From Myxococcota bacterium (GTDB taxonomy: Bacteria; Myxococcota_A; UBA796; GCA-2862545): a stretch of 26,000 bases of DNA. Shown piece after piece: positions 1 through 8,462 of this stretch. The notes under the pieces were generated by a model. It saw only the letters and a program-made list of their open reading frames with translations. It did not search any database and was not told the DNA's origin. Position 1 is the stretch's first letter. Every line of letters begins with the position of its first letter. A program made the position numbers and the translations under genes. Location of the stretch: positions 1 to 26,000 of the forward strand of contig JBCCQY010000130.1 of NCBI GenBank assembly GCA_039208735.1. The letters run 5' to 3'.

Positions 1-1
1 C

Positions 2-1399
2 ATCGATCCGTCCGGCATCGCCGCCGCCGACGACTGGGAGAGCCTCGCCGACCTCGAAAAGCGTGGTCGCGAGAAGATGGATGACGTCAAGGACGAGGTG
101 GAGCGCCGCCGAGGCCTCATCACTCGCCCGCAGACCGCGACCTACACCTACACTTCGGGCACCACCGGACCCCAAAAGGCCGTCATCCAAACCAACGACA
201 ACATGCTGTCGATGATGGAGATGAGCGCGCAGGTCAACCTGTTCCCCGAAACGTTGAAGGAAGCGGGACTGTTCTTGTTCCTGCCGCTCGCCCATAGTTT
301 TGGCCGGCTCATCGAGATTGCCGGTCCCTACTTCGGCTTCCCGCTGGTCATCTCCTCGGTGCCCACGTTGGTCGACGACCTACAGGCCTCGAAACCGGGC
401 TTCTTCCCCTCGGCCCCTCGCGTCTACGAGAAGATGAAGGCCCGCATCGAAGGTGGGGTGGCGCAGGCCTCGCCGCTTCGTAGGCGACTGTTCGAATGGG
501 CGATGGGCGTAGGCCGCAAGACGGTGCCCTACCGCTCCAAGGGCAAGTCGATTCCGCCGCTTCTCGGTCTTCAACTCTCGATCGCAGACCGTCTCGTACT
601 CTCGCGACTGCGCGACCGGCTTGGCTTTACCAACTGCGAACTGGCGTTGTCGGGTAGTGCTCCCCTGTCCACCGAGGTCCACGAGTTCTTCCTGGCGATG
701 CAGCTCGACTTGGTCGAGGGCTACGGGCTCACCGAGACCTGCCCCGCTCTGACGGTGAACCGGCCGCACGAGTTCCGTCTGGGAACCGTGGGCAAGGCCC
801 TCCCAGGCATCGATGTTCGAATTGCCGAGGATGGCGAGATCATTGCCAAGGGTCCGAACATCACTTCGGGCTACCTCAACCGACCCGAGGCGACGGCCGG
901 GGCATTCGACGACGAAGGCTGGTTCCATACGGGCGACCTCGGTTCCCTCGACAACGAGGGCTTCGTCAAGATCACGGGTCGGAAGAAGGAACTGATCAAG
1001 ACGAGCGGCGGCAAGTACGTTTCGCCCAACAAGATTGAAGGCCTCATCAAGGACTTCCAGATCGTTCAGGAAGCCGTGGTCATCGGCGACCGTCGCAACT
1101 ACTGCGTCGTGCTCATTAGCCTGGACCCCGAAGAACTCGAAGTGTGGGCGCCGCTCAACAATGCCGAACCGCGCAATGACGATGAAAAGGTCAAGGCTGC
1201 GGTCCAGTCCCACATCGACAAGGTCAACGAAGGCCTCGCGAGCTTCGAAAGCATCAAGTACTTCCGCCTCCTCGACGAGCCCATGACGGTGGAGAACGGC
1301 ATCCTCACCGCGAGCCTCAAGGTCAAGCGTCGGGTGGTCGAGGACCGCTACGCGGAACTCATCGAAGACATGTACAAGTCGGCGAAGAAGACCGCGTGA
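2..1399 (+). CDS. Long-chain fatty acid--CoA ligase (AMP-dependent synthetase), 5'-truncated by the window edge
   Basis: The frame is open from position 2. ANL-family motifs: YTSGTTGPQKAV (P-loop), LPLAH, EGYGLTE, GWFHTGDLG, ITGRKKELIKTSGGKYVSP, and C-terminal LTASLKVKR typical of FadD15/ACSBG-like enzymes. Confidence 0.93.
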   Translation: MDPSGIAAADDWESLADLEKRGREKMDDVKDEVERRRGLITRPQTATYTYTSGTTGPQKAVIQTNDNMLSMMEMSAQVNLFPETLKEAGLFLFLPLAHSFGRLIEIAGPYFGFPLVISSVPTLVDDLQASKPGFFPSAPRVYEKMKARIEGGVAQASPLRRRLFEWAMGVGRKTVPYRSKGKSIPPLLGLQLSIADRLVLSRLRDRLGFTNCELALSGSAPLSTEVHEFFLAMQLDLVEGYGLTETCPALTVNRPHEFRLGTVGKALPGIDVRIAEDGEIIAKGPNITSGYLNRPEATAGAFDDEGWFHTGDLGSLDNEGFVKITGRKKELIKTSGGKYVSPNKIEGLIKDFQIVQEAVVIGDRRNYCVVLISLDPEELEVWAPLNNAEPRNDDEKVKAAVQSHIDKVNEGLASFESIKYFRLLDEPMTVENGILTASLKVKRRVVEDRYAELIEDMYKSAKKTA

Positions 1400-1935
1400 A
1401 AGATGAGATTCGAACGCTCCTCGCGGCCCATCGGCCTGCCGATGACCGAGAGCGAGCGTTCGTGCAGGCCATGCAAGAACTCATCGCGCGGCCGGGCGAT
1501 CCGACCGCGCGGGACCACTTTGTGCCGGGCCACTTCACGGCCTCCTCCTTCGTCCTGTCCCCAGACCGTAAGGACGTGCTGCTCATCGAGCACAGCAAGC
1601 TCCATCGCTGGCTTCAACCGGGCGGCCACATCGACCCCACCGATGCGACGGTCGAAGACGCCGCTCGTCGAGAAGTCGCCGAGGAAACCGGCCTCGCCGA
1701 CCTCCATCGGTGGGGCGAAGGCCTGTTCGACATCGATGTGCACGAGATTCCCAGCTTTAAGGGCCAGCCCCCGCACCGCCACTACGATCTACGGCTTCGG
1801 TTCGTCGCAAACACCCGGGCGTTTAAGGCGGGCTCCGATGCGCTCGCCGCACGCTGGGTTCCGTGGACCACCATCGACCCGACCATCACCGATGAGTCGG
1901 TGATGCGGGCGCTTCGGAAACTGCCGAACGACTAA
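1396..1935 (+). CDS. NUDIX hydrolase
   Basis: Nudix box GGHIDPTDATVEDAARREVAEETGL, preceded by GHFTAS...WLQPGGH. The GTG start overlaps the ligase stop (GTGA). Confidence 0.92.
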   Translation: MKDEIRTLLAAHRPADDRERAFVQAMQELIARPGDPTARDHFVPGHFTASSFVLSPDRKDVLLIEHSKLHRWLQPGGHIDPTDATVEDAARREVAEETGLADLHRWGEGLFDIDVHEIPSFKGQPPHRHYDLRLRFVANTRAFKAGSDALAARWVPWTTIDPTITDESVMRALRKLPND

Positions 1936-2683
1936 GCCACGCTCCCGCGCCGACGACACCGAGGAAGAGCCCCAGTCCGAGCCACGACAACCCTGTGCCG
2001 ACCTCGGGTTCGACAAAAAACTGAACGATGGCCACCGCCGCAGCATTGTTGACGAAATGTGCGATAATGGCGGGCCAAAGGGAGTTCGATCGGAGCCGCA
2101 ACCAGCCGAGGAACGCCGCCGTGGGGAGCAGCGCCACGACGTGGATGGGATCGACATGGTAGAGCGCAAACAACACGGTCGTCAGCGCAAACGCGACGAT
2201 CGAACTGCCCGAGGCTCGCTCAACAAGGCGCCACAGGTAACCTCGGAACAGCAGTTCCTCGGAAACCGGGGCCCCAATCGCCACCGCCAACACCATGGTC
2301 CAATTCTCGGAGAGCGGACCCGACAGCAACTTGCCGATCGAGGCCACTGACGAATCAAACCCCGTCCACGCGATGAGCTGTGCGGCGAGCCAACTCGGCC
2401 AAATCCAGACCAAAAGCCCGCCGATCGCCGCCGTCGCGAGCAGGGCCGTCGACGCGGGCCGCAATCCGAGCACGTCGTGGATTCGCTCATGGGGCGTGCG
2501 CAACAGCGCGGCCAAGGCGAACGCCAAAAGGCCGAGTCCGACCCCTTGCATCAGCGTCACCGGACCGACGTAGCGCGGGTCTTCACCGGCCGCGAGCATC
2601 GCATCGTTGAACCCTGGCGTCCCGAGCGGCACTTCGACGGCCACCGAAGCAAAAAGGGCGATGCCGACCGTCATGACCACCAC
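1886..2683 (-). CDS. CPBP/Abi family (type II CAAX) intramembrane protease; true start may be a CTG at 2758
   Basis: Several hydrophobic segments with the motifs EELLFRG, FALYH and AHFVNN. The frame stays open upstream to 2758. The 3' end overlaps the convergent NUDIX gene by 50 nt. Confidence 0.88.
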   Translation of the reverse strand: MVVMTVGIALFASVAVEVPLGTPGFNDAMLAAGEDPRYVGPVTLMQGVGLGLLAFALAALLRTPHERIHDVLGLRPASTALLATAAIGGLLVWIWPSWLAAQLIAWTGFDSSVASIGKLLSGPLSENWTMVLAVAIGAPVSEELLFRGYLWRLVERASGSSIVAFALTTVLFALYHVDPIHVVALLPTAAFLGWLRLRSNSLWPAIIAHFVNNAAAVAIVQFFVEPEVGTGLSWLGLGLFLGVVGAGAWLSRSAVSEAPASPTHR

Positions 2684-2754
2684 AAACGAGCCTCCGAGGA
2701 AGCCCGCGATGTGGCCGATGACGTGGCCAAGGTCGAGTCGTGGGGTCGGCGCGC

Positions 2755-3750
2755 TCAGAGATCAACCCGCTCGACCGCAGCCACAATGGCATCGCGACGG
2801 GGCGCGAAGTGGGTCACCTCACCCGCCGCCTCCATCAGCACGATCCGACCGCCGCGTGGAAACATGGCGATCAGGTAACTCCAGTCTTGTGTGCCGAGCG
2901 GAGCCGCAAGTTCGAGCATCGCGCCATCCGTGCCGTTGGCCGAGATGCGCTGCTCATCGATGACCCGATAGCCGGCGGACTCCATGCGGGTTCGCATCGC
3001 TTCTTGCCAGAAGTCAAGGCTAGCCTTTGGTTTTTGCTTCACCGCTCGCATGCGGAACAGCACGTTGTCTGGCGAAGCAGCCCGGTACCGCCTCTGCTTC
3101 TTCCAGGGTGAAAAGCCTTCGGGTGCCTCGTCGAGGGACACCCCACGGGATCGCCAATCGGGCTTGTTCATCTGATGGCCAACGATGACGTCCTGGACGT
3201 TGAGAGTGTTGATCCACCCCCACGACGACTGGCCATCACGGTCGGGAGCGCCGCGGTCGCGAAACTGGAACGCCACATCGACCCGCCCAAAGGTCGATTG
3301 ATCTTCGAGCAACTGAAGTCGGCCCTTCAGCCGTTCGATCTCATCGATGGCTTTCACGATCTGGCGCTCAACGGTGACGATCGAATCAGCCCCCGCTCTC
3401 GCGAGGAGGTCGAAGTACTGCTTCAACACGCTTTCGCGAGCCTCGAGGCGACCCGATAGGTCTGCCATCTCCTGTCCCACATCGCGTCGTTCAACCGACC
3501 GGCCCAGCACCTTTCCGGTCGCCGACGCACTGTCGAGCAACGCATCCACATTCACCGAAGGCACGCGCAGGGACAGCCCTTCGTCATTGCGAGACTGAAA
3601 CCAGCCCCCAAGTTCGTTGGCCCGCTCAACGAGCGCATCCGCCGCCAAATCCCGCTTGGCCACCGCCACCACAACGCTCGCCGACACCCGCGTGGGGGGC
3701 GGGGCGTCATCGACGGCGAACGCTGCACACATCGACAATAGCGCGATCAT
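2755..3750 (-). CDS. Exported DUF4349-like protein with a soluble C-terminal alpha/beta domain
   Basis: Short signal peptide MIALLSMCAAFA. DUF4349-type pattern LSLRVP...GKVLGRSVERRDV...coiled coil...EIERLKGRLQLLEDQSTFGRVDV. No C-terminal TM helix. ATGA overlap with the upstream gene. Confidence 0.75.
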   Translation of the reverse strand: MIALLSMCAAFAVDDAPPPTRVSASVVVAVAKRDLAADALVERANELGGWFQSRNDEGLSLRVPSVNVDALLDSASATGKVLGRSVERRDVGQEMADLSGRLEARESVLKQYFDLLARAGADSIVTVERQIVKAIDEIERLKGRLQLLEDQSTFGRVDVAFQFRDRGAPDRDGQSSWGWINTLNVQDVIVGHQMNKPDWRSRGVSLDEAPEGFSPWKKQRRYRAASPDNVLFRMRAVKQKPKASLDFWQEAMRTRMESAGYRVIDEQRISANGTDGAMLELAAPLGTQDWSYLIAMFPRGGRIVLMEAAGEVTHFAPRRDAIVAAVERVDL

Positions 3751-4928
3751 GCATCACCTCCGCCGATCAACGCCTGTTCGATTCGCTCCCCGAACCGTTC
3801 GACCTCGGCCGCATCGGGGAAGTAGGCTTGGACCAACTGAATGTGCCGACCCGATGTCGCGAGGCAGATTTGCCATCGGTACGGCTCTTCGGCACCCGGC
3901 TCGTCGAGGGACAAACAAGCCCATTCGCCGACGGTACGCCGAGAGACATTTTCAAAGTCCTCCGCCAACGATTCATGGACCGCCGACCGCCAATAGTCGG
4001 CATCCCCCTGGGGATCATTCGGCAAACGCATCGACCACAACACCGTGCCTTTGGGGCTCTCGGCGATGTAGGGGCCGCTCTTCGTCAACGACACCATCTC
4101 TTCGGGGGTGTCGAGTTCGAGGCGCTTGGTGTCGCTGTACACCCCTCGATCAAACGGAGAGAGGCCTCGGATCCAGCCAAATCCCGAGAGCACCAACTCC
4201 CGACGTTGAGGTCCAAACTCGCGGGGCACCACGTCAACACTGATCCGCGACATGGAAGCAAGATCCCGCAGCACCCGAAGTCGCGATTCGGTGCGATCGA
4301 GTTCCTCCGTCACCCGAGTGATTTGCTCGAGTAAAGCAAGCTTCTCTTCTTCGGAGCGGGCTCGGGCCAGCAATCGGACCAATCGCGTACGCATGGTGCG
4401 CAGCGTCTTGACCCGGAGGTCCGTGGCCCGAAACTGATCCGTGATGTCATCAGCGCGAACGGACTTATCAAGAACGTCACCGAGGTCCAAGATGGCGTCC
4501 CAGGTGTCGTCGAAGGCGTCAACCGGTACCCGCACCGTCGCCTGGGTGTCGTTCAGCCGATCCACCCGACCTCCCACTTCGAGGGCGATGCTCGCGATCT
4601 GATCCAGGGTTTCGGCCGGTCGCGTCGCCCGCATCCGGGCATACCCGTCGTAGTGCACCATCCGCGAAGGCTGCGGAGACACGGGTTCGAGGGTGGCTGG
4701 CGGCGGCTTGGCTTCGTCGGTAGGGCGCACCAGTGCAATCTGACGCTCGGACTCCACACGGGTCGAACGGGTCGGTGCCGGCGCTTCTTTTATGGAAGCT
4801 TCGACATCCGCTTCGGCAAAGCCGCCTACCGCACCGTAGTCGTCGAAAGCGTACGCCACGTCGCTCGACCGCTTGCTCGCGCATCCGATCACCCCGAAGA
4901 TCAGGATGATCCAGGCCCAGATGTTCAT
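3747..4928 (-). CDS. DUF4349-like lipoprotein, paralogue of the downstream gene
   Basis: Lipobox IFGVIG-C. DUF4349-type pattern RMVHYDG...ATVRVP...LGDVLDKSVRADDIT...ELDRTESRLRVLRDLASMSRISV. RBS AGGAG upstream and ATGA overlap with the suhB stop. Confidence 0.8.
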   Translation of the reverse strand: MNIWAWIILIFGVIGCASKRSSDVAYAFDDYGAVGGFAEADVEASIKEAPAPTRSTRVESERQIALVRPTDEAKPPPATLEPVSPQPSRMVHYDGYARMRATRPAETLDQIASIALEVGGRVDRLNDTQATVRVPVDAFDDTWDAILDLGDVLDKSVRADDITDQFRATDLRVKTLRTMRTRLVRLLARARSEEEKLALLEQITRVTEELDRTESRLRVLRDLASMSRISVDVVPREFGPQRRELVLSGFGWIRGLSPFDRGVYSDTKRLELDTPEEMVSLTKSGPYIAESPKGTVLWSMRLPNDPQGDADYWRSAVHESLAEDFENVSRRTVGEWACLSLDEPGAEEPYRWQICLATSGRHIQLVQAYFPDAAEVERFGERIEQALIGGGDA

Positions 4929-5704
4929 GGTTGCTCTCCTTGCTCGCGCAGGGTGGCCTCGATTAGCGAGTGGAGCGCATCATGCAACCATCCGTTGGTG
5001 GCAAGGGGGGCGGGTCGGTCTCCCAACCCATGGCCCGGCAACGCCTCGACTCGCCCGCCCGCCTCGCGCACCAAGACGATGCCTGCTGCAACGTCCCAGC
5101 GGCTGAGGGTTCGCTCGAAGTAGGCGTCGAAGACCCCGCGCGCCACGAATGCCAAATCGAGAGATGCTGCTCCAAACCTTCGCATTCCATGACACGCTTT
5201 CAGCACCGCGGCATGAAGGGCCAACGGCGTTTCCACTTGGGTACGGTCGACGGAGAACCCCGTCGCGCAAAGGGCGTCGGACAGTTCACGGACGCCGCTC
5301 ACGGCGAGGCGTTCGTCACCGAGCCACGCCCCCTGGCCCTTCGCGGCCCGATACAACTCCTGCCGACTCGGATTGTGGATCACGCCCACCACCGGTTCGC
5401 CGTCGACTTCGAGGGCGATCGAGATGCCGTAGTGGGGAACGCCATGCACGAAATTGGTCGTGCCATCGATCGGATCCACGACCCAGCGCGTACTCGCCGT
5501 AGCTCCCCCTCCGCCTTCCTCACCGAGGATCGCGATGTCGGGCGTATGCTCGGTCAGTACTCGTCGAATCGCCTGCTCGGCGGTCACATCCGCTTGGGTC
5601 ACGAGATCGAAGGTGCCCTTGTGCTGCACCGCAAGGGGGCCCGTCTCGGCGATCACGCGGGCCGCGGCATGCGCTGCGGCCACCGCCACATCCAATTCAG
5701 TCAT
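4925..5704 (-). CDS. suhB: Inositol monophosphatase family protein (SuhB-like)
   Basis: Motifs [28 protein letters not shown] and WDVAAG. The ATG at 5704 overlaps the dtd stop (ATGACTGA). Confidence 0.93.
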   Translation of the reverse strand: MTELDVAVAAAHAAARVIAETGPLAVQHKGTFDLVTQADVTAEQAIRRVLTEHTPDIAILGEEGGGGATASTRWVVDPIDGTTNFVHGVPHYGISIALEVDGEPVVGVIHNPSRQELYRAAKGQGAWLGDERLAVSGVRELSDALCATGFSVDRTQVETPLALHAAVLKACHGMRRFGAASLDLAFVARGVFDAYFERTLSRWDVAAGIVLVREAGGRVEALPGHGLGDRPAPLATNGWLHDALHSLIEATLREQGEQP

Positions 5705-6140
5705 GGTCGACAATCAAGGTCACGGGTCCATCGTTGAGGAGCCGCACATCCATGTGGGCCCCAAAGACACCGCGTTCTACCTGACGCACTCCCAGCTTTG
5801 CCAGGGCCTCGCAAAATGCCTCGTACAACGGCTCGGCCACCGCTGGAGGCGCGGCGCGCGCGAAGCTCGGTCGCCGGCCCTTGCGCACATCGCCATACAG
5901 CGTGAACTGGCTCACCACGAGCACGGCTCCGCCAATGTCGAGGAGAGACTGATTCATCTTCCCCTCGTCATCTTCGAAGATGCGCAGATGCGCGATCTTT
6001 TGCGTGAGCCACCCGATGTTGGCTTCCCCATCTTCGGGCCCCACGCCGAGAAGCACCAAAATCCCCTGTTCGATGGCGCCCACAACGGTCCCCTCGACCG
6101 TCACGGAGGCTTCACGGACCCGTTGAATGACTGCGCGCAT
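5697..6140 (-). CDS. dtd: D-aminoacyl-tRNA deacylase
   Basis: [41 protein letters not shown] and NDGPVT. 147 aa. Confidence 0.97.
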   Translation of the reverse strand: MRAVIQRVREASVTVEGTVVGAIEQGILVLLGVGPEDGEANIGWLTQKIAHLRIFEDDEGKMNQSLLDIGGAVLVVSQFTLYGDVRKGRRPSFARAAPPAVAEPLYEAFCEALAKLGVRQVERGVFGAHMDVRLLNDGPVTLIVDHD

Positions 6141-7936
6141 CAGGGGATCCGGGCTTTGTCACAGACCACCGCGCCGTCCTTCACGTCACACGTCACTTCT
6201 CCGCTGCCCTGCACCATGAAGGTGCCCATGGCTTCGTCGATCTTGACGAGGCAAGCCACAGGCAGGCGGTAGCCCTCAACCTCGAAGGATCGGAAGCCGT
6301 CGAAACTCACCCGGCGCGAGGCACACTGACTCACCGTGCCTCGAGACGACGAGTTGATGCGTACCCGAGCCGCTTCTTGCGTCACCGGCGCTGCAGCGGG
6401 CGTCGCCGGAGGCTTCGGAACGGCCACCGTGGGGGCGGGCTTTGGCGCGGCTGGCGTGGCCACTTTGGGCTTCGGAGCCGCAGGGGCCGGTTTGGGCGTG
6501 GGCGGGGCGGGAACGGGGACCGGCACGGGTCCAGGCGCCGGGGGGGCGTTGACGGTGCCGACCTGAAGCGGATCGGGAGGCACCGGAGAAGGAACGGGGG
6601 CGGGAGCGACCACCGCGGGCGGCACCGGCGCCTGGGCCGCTGGGGAATCCGATTGCGCCTCGGTCCACATGATGACCGCGACCACGACCGCTACCACCGC
6701 GACGAGCAACAGTAGGGAAAGCACGCCAATGCCACCCATGCCCACGAGGGCCAACACCAGGGTGTTGCGACGGGTGCCCGGGTCGGCCACGGTGACGGGC
6801 CCCACGATGACCGAAGAGGACACAGGAACTGGCTCTGGCCGCATCGCGACGGGACCCTCGACGCGTGGCGTAAGGGGCGCTCGCTCGGGCCGGGCAGGTT
6901 GCGCAGGTCTGGCCGGTTTGCGCTTGGGACCCGCCTCGGTGGCTTGGGTCGCGTCAGCCGCAGGGGCAACCTTCACCTCTCGAGATGCCTGTTGTTTGCG
7001 GAACACCTCGCTTTGGGCGCGACGCTGACCTTCGCCCACCGCGCGCTTGGGACGGGGTGCGTCCGCCTTGCCATCCGCCATCGCGGCAAGCTGTTCCGGC
7101 TTCCAGAAATTGGTCGCCGTGCCGCCCCCGACGCCCATCGGAGGCCGCTCGGCCTGCACCTCCTCGTTGCCGTGGACGGCCTTCTTCATGTCGTCTTTGG
7201 TCCAAAACGCGGTGCCGCCGGCGCCCTGTGGGATGGGCAGTCGCTGCGACAAAGGCCCAGCTCCACGGCGGGCTCCGGTGAGGACTTCCGCATCGGAAGG
7301 CGTGATGTCAGACGAGCGCCGGTCGCCATTCCCTTCCACCGCTTCAGCCGCCCAGTCTCCAAGCCCGGGACCCTCGACCGCCGAGGCAAACGCGATGAAG
7401 GTTCGCCACGTATCGAGGGCGGAAGGCCGTTCACCGGCATCGTGCGACAGGAGCTTGGCCAAGAACCACTGGACGTCTCCCTGCATGGCTTCGGGAAGCC
7501 CCTCGAGGTCGACCTCCAGAACCGCGTCGATCACCGCATCGTCATGAGAGGCCTGAGTTTCGGGGAGCTGCGCGGGCAAGCGATGGGCAGACAGGATTCG
7601 AATGGCCACCGCACCCAACCCGTACAGGTCGGTCGAGGGGGCCTTTGGATCAGCTCCCGGCACGGGCGAATCCCGCAGCGTGCCAAAGCCCTCGAGCGAC
7701 AGCGCTCCGGTCTCATCCAAGAAGATGTACCGAGGGTCAACATCGCCGTGCACCTCTTTGTCTTCGTCGGCAATGTCGAGAATCTCACACAACGCTGCGA
7801 TCAACTCGAGCGACACGCGCCAGGGAGGAACCCCTGGGGCCAGGATGGTGTCGAGATCCACCCCGACGGCGGGCCCTTCACAAGCGTCAACCCCGCCCTC
7901 GGGACCCAGCGTTCGAACATAGTGGAATTCGCGCAA
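6140..7936 (-). CDS. Membrane-anchored Ser/Thr kinase-like protein (probable pseudokinase) with a Pro/Ala-rich stalk and small Cys-containing C-terminal domain
   Basis: Kinase C-lobe remnants [13 protein letters not shown]...LEGFG, TDLYGLG and [12 protein letters not shown]. One long TM segment ([32 protein letters not shown]). TTG start with GGAG 5 nt upstream. TGATG overlap with dtd. Confidence 0.75.
   Translation of the reverse strand: MREFHYVRTLGPEGGVDACEGPAVGVDLDTILAPGVPPWRVSLELIAALCEILDIADEDKEVHGDVDPRYIFLDETGALSLEGFGTLRDSPVPGADPKAPSTDLYGLGAVAIRILSAHRLPAQLPETQASHDDAVIDAVLEVDLEGLPEAMQGDVQWFLAKLLSHDAGERPSALDTWRTFIAFASAVEGPGLGDWAAEAVEGNGDRRSSDITPSDAEVLTGARRGAGPLSQRLPIPQGAGGTAFWTKDDMKKAVHGNEEVQAERPPMGVGGGTATNFWKPEQLAAMADGKADAPRPKRAVGEGQRRAQSEVFRKQQASREVKVAPAADATQATEAGPKRKPARPAQPARPERAPLTPRVEGPVAMRPEPVPVSSSVIVGPVTVADPGTRRNTLVLALVGMGGIGVLSLLLLVAVVAVVVAVIMWTEAQSDSPAAQAPVPPAVVAPAPVPSPVPPDPLQVGTVNAPPAPGPVPVPVPAPPTPKPAPAAPKPKVATPAAPKPAPTVAVPKPPATPAAAPVTQEAARVRINSSSRGTVSQCASRRVSFDGFRSFEVEGYRLPVACLVKIDEAMGTFMVQGSGEVTCDVKDGAVVCDKARIP
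6380..6645 (-). repeat. Low-complexity Pro/Ala-rich coding tract (PKPA/PVP repeats)
   Basis: Translation [10 protein letters not shown]...[46 protein letters not shown]. Confidence 0.7.
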
Positions 7937-7984
7937 GACCGCTCCAGGTCGTGGATTTAGGCGGTCGGGCGATTCCCATCAAGT

Positions 7985-8010
7985 TGGCAAGCGTGACGCA
8001 GCCGTGACGC
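7985..8010 (+). promoter_or_regulatory. Candidate regulatory site: CGTGACGC direct repeat with 11-bp period overlapping a weak sigma54-like GG-N10-GC element
   Basis: CGTGACGC occurs at 7992-7999 and 8003-8010. TGGCAAGCGTGACGCA at 7985-8000 has the -24/-12 spacing but a poor -12 box. It lies in a divergent intergenic region. Confidence 0.3.
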
Positions 8011-8269
8011 CCGATCGCAGGACCGCAACCACGAACCGCTAACCTTGTGGGAGCCGCAACCTCCCTCATTCGCTGAAGCCGACGTTGGATCCTCTCGCCA
8101 GGAGTCCGGATCGGCAAAGCTCGCGCTTAAGGTGAGGGCCAACCAACACCCTCACGGAGTGTTGTCACTCTTGTGTGTCTGGTAGAAGTGGCGCTGCAGA
8201 CAACGGCGTCCTAGATCCCCGCGGTCGCGGTTGGCCTTTCCAACCGTGTTCCCCTGTCGGGAGACGACA

Positions 8270-8440
8270 ATGGCCCGTTCGCTGACCGTAGAGCAAGAAG
8301 AGAGCCCGCGTGCCAGCCTCCTCTTCTTGATGTTTGTGGGGCTGTGCTGCGGCCTGCTGGTGCTGACCTGGGCGACGGTCGGTTCGACCGCCGACGCCGG
8401 GCCGGAACTCGCACCCGTGGAAGCCCCGCCCGCCGAGTGA
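8270..8440 (+). CDS. Small (56 aa) single-pass membrane protein of unknown function
   Basis: ATG at 8270 preceded by GGGAGA. Hydrophobic core LLFLMFVGLCCGLLVLTWA and an acidic Pro-rich tail. Fills an otherwise empty gap. Confidence 0.6.
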   Translation: MARSLTVEQEESPRASLLFLMFVGLCCGLLVLTWATVGSTADAGPELAPVEAPPAE

Positions 8441-8462
8441 CCCCATCCGCCCGTAGGTGCGC

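Noticed and set aside
380..1213. 277-aa minus-strand ORF
   Set aside because: Antisense shadow of the acyl-CoA ligase with no recognisable motifs. Long shadow ORFs are expected in GC-rich DNA.
6899..7960. 353-aa plus-strand ORF
   Set aside because: Antisense to the pseudokinase, Arg/Gly-rich and without domain features.
8020..8130. Fragments resembling the c-di-AMP riboswitch (CGCTGAA, GCTAACC)
   Set aside because: The elements are in the wrong order and the GGGGA/GGGTGAA cores are absent.
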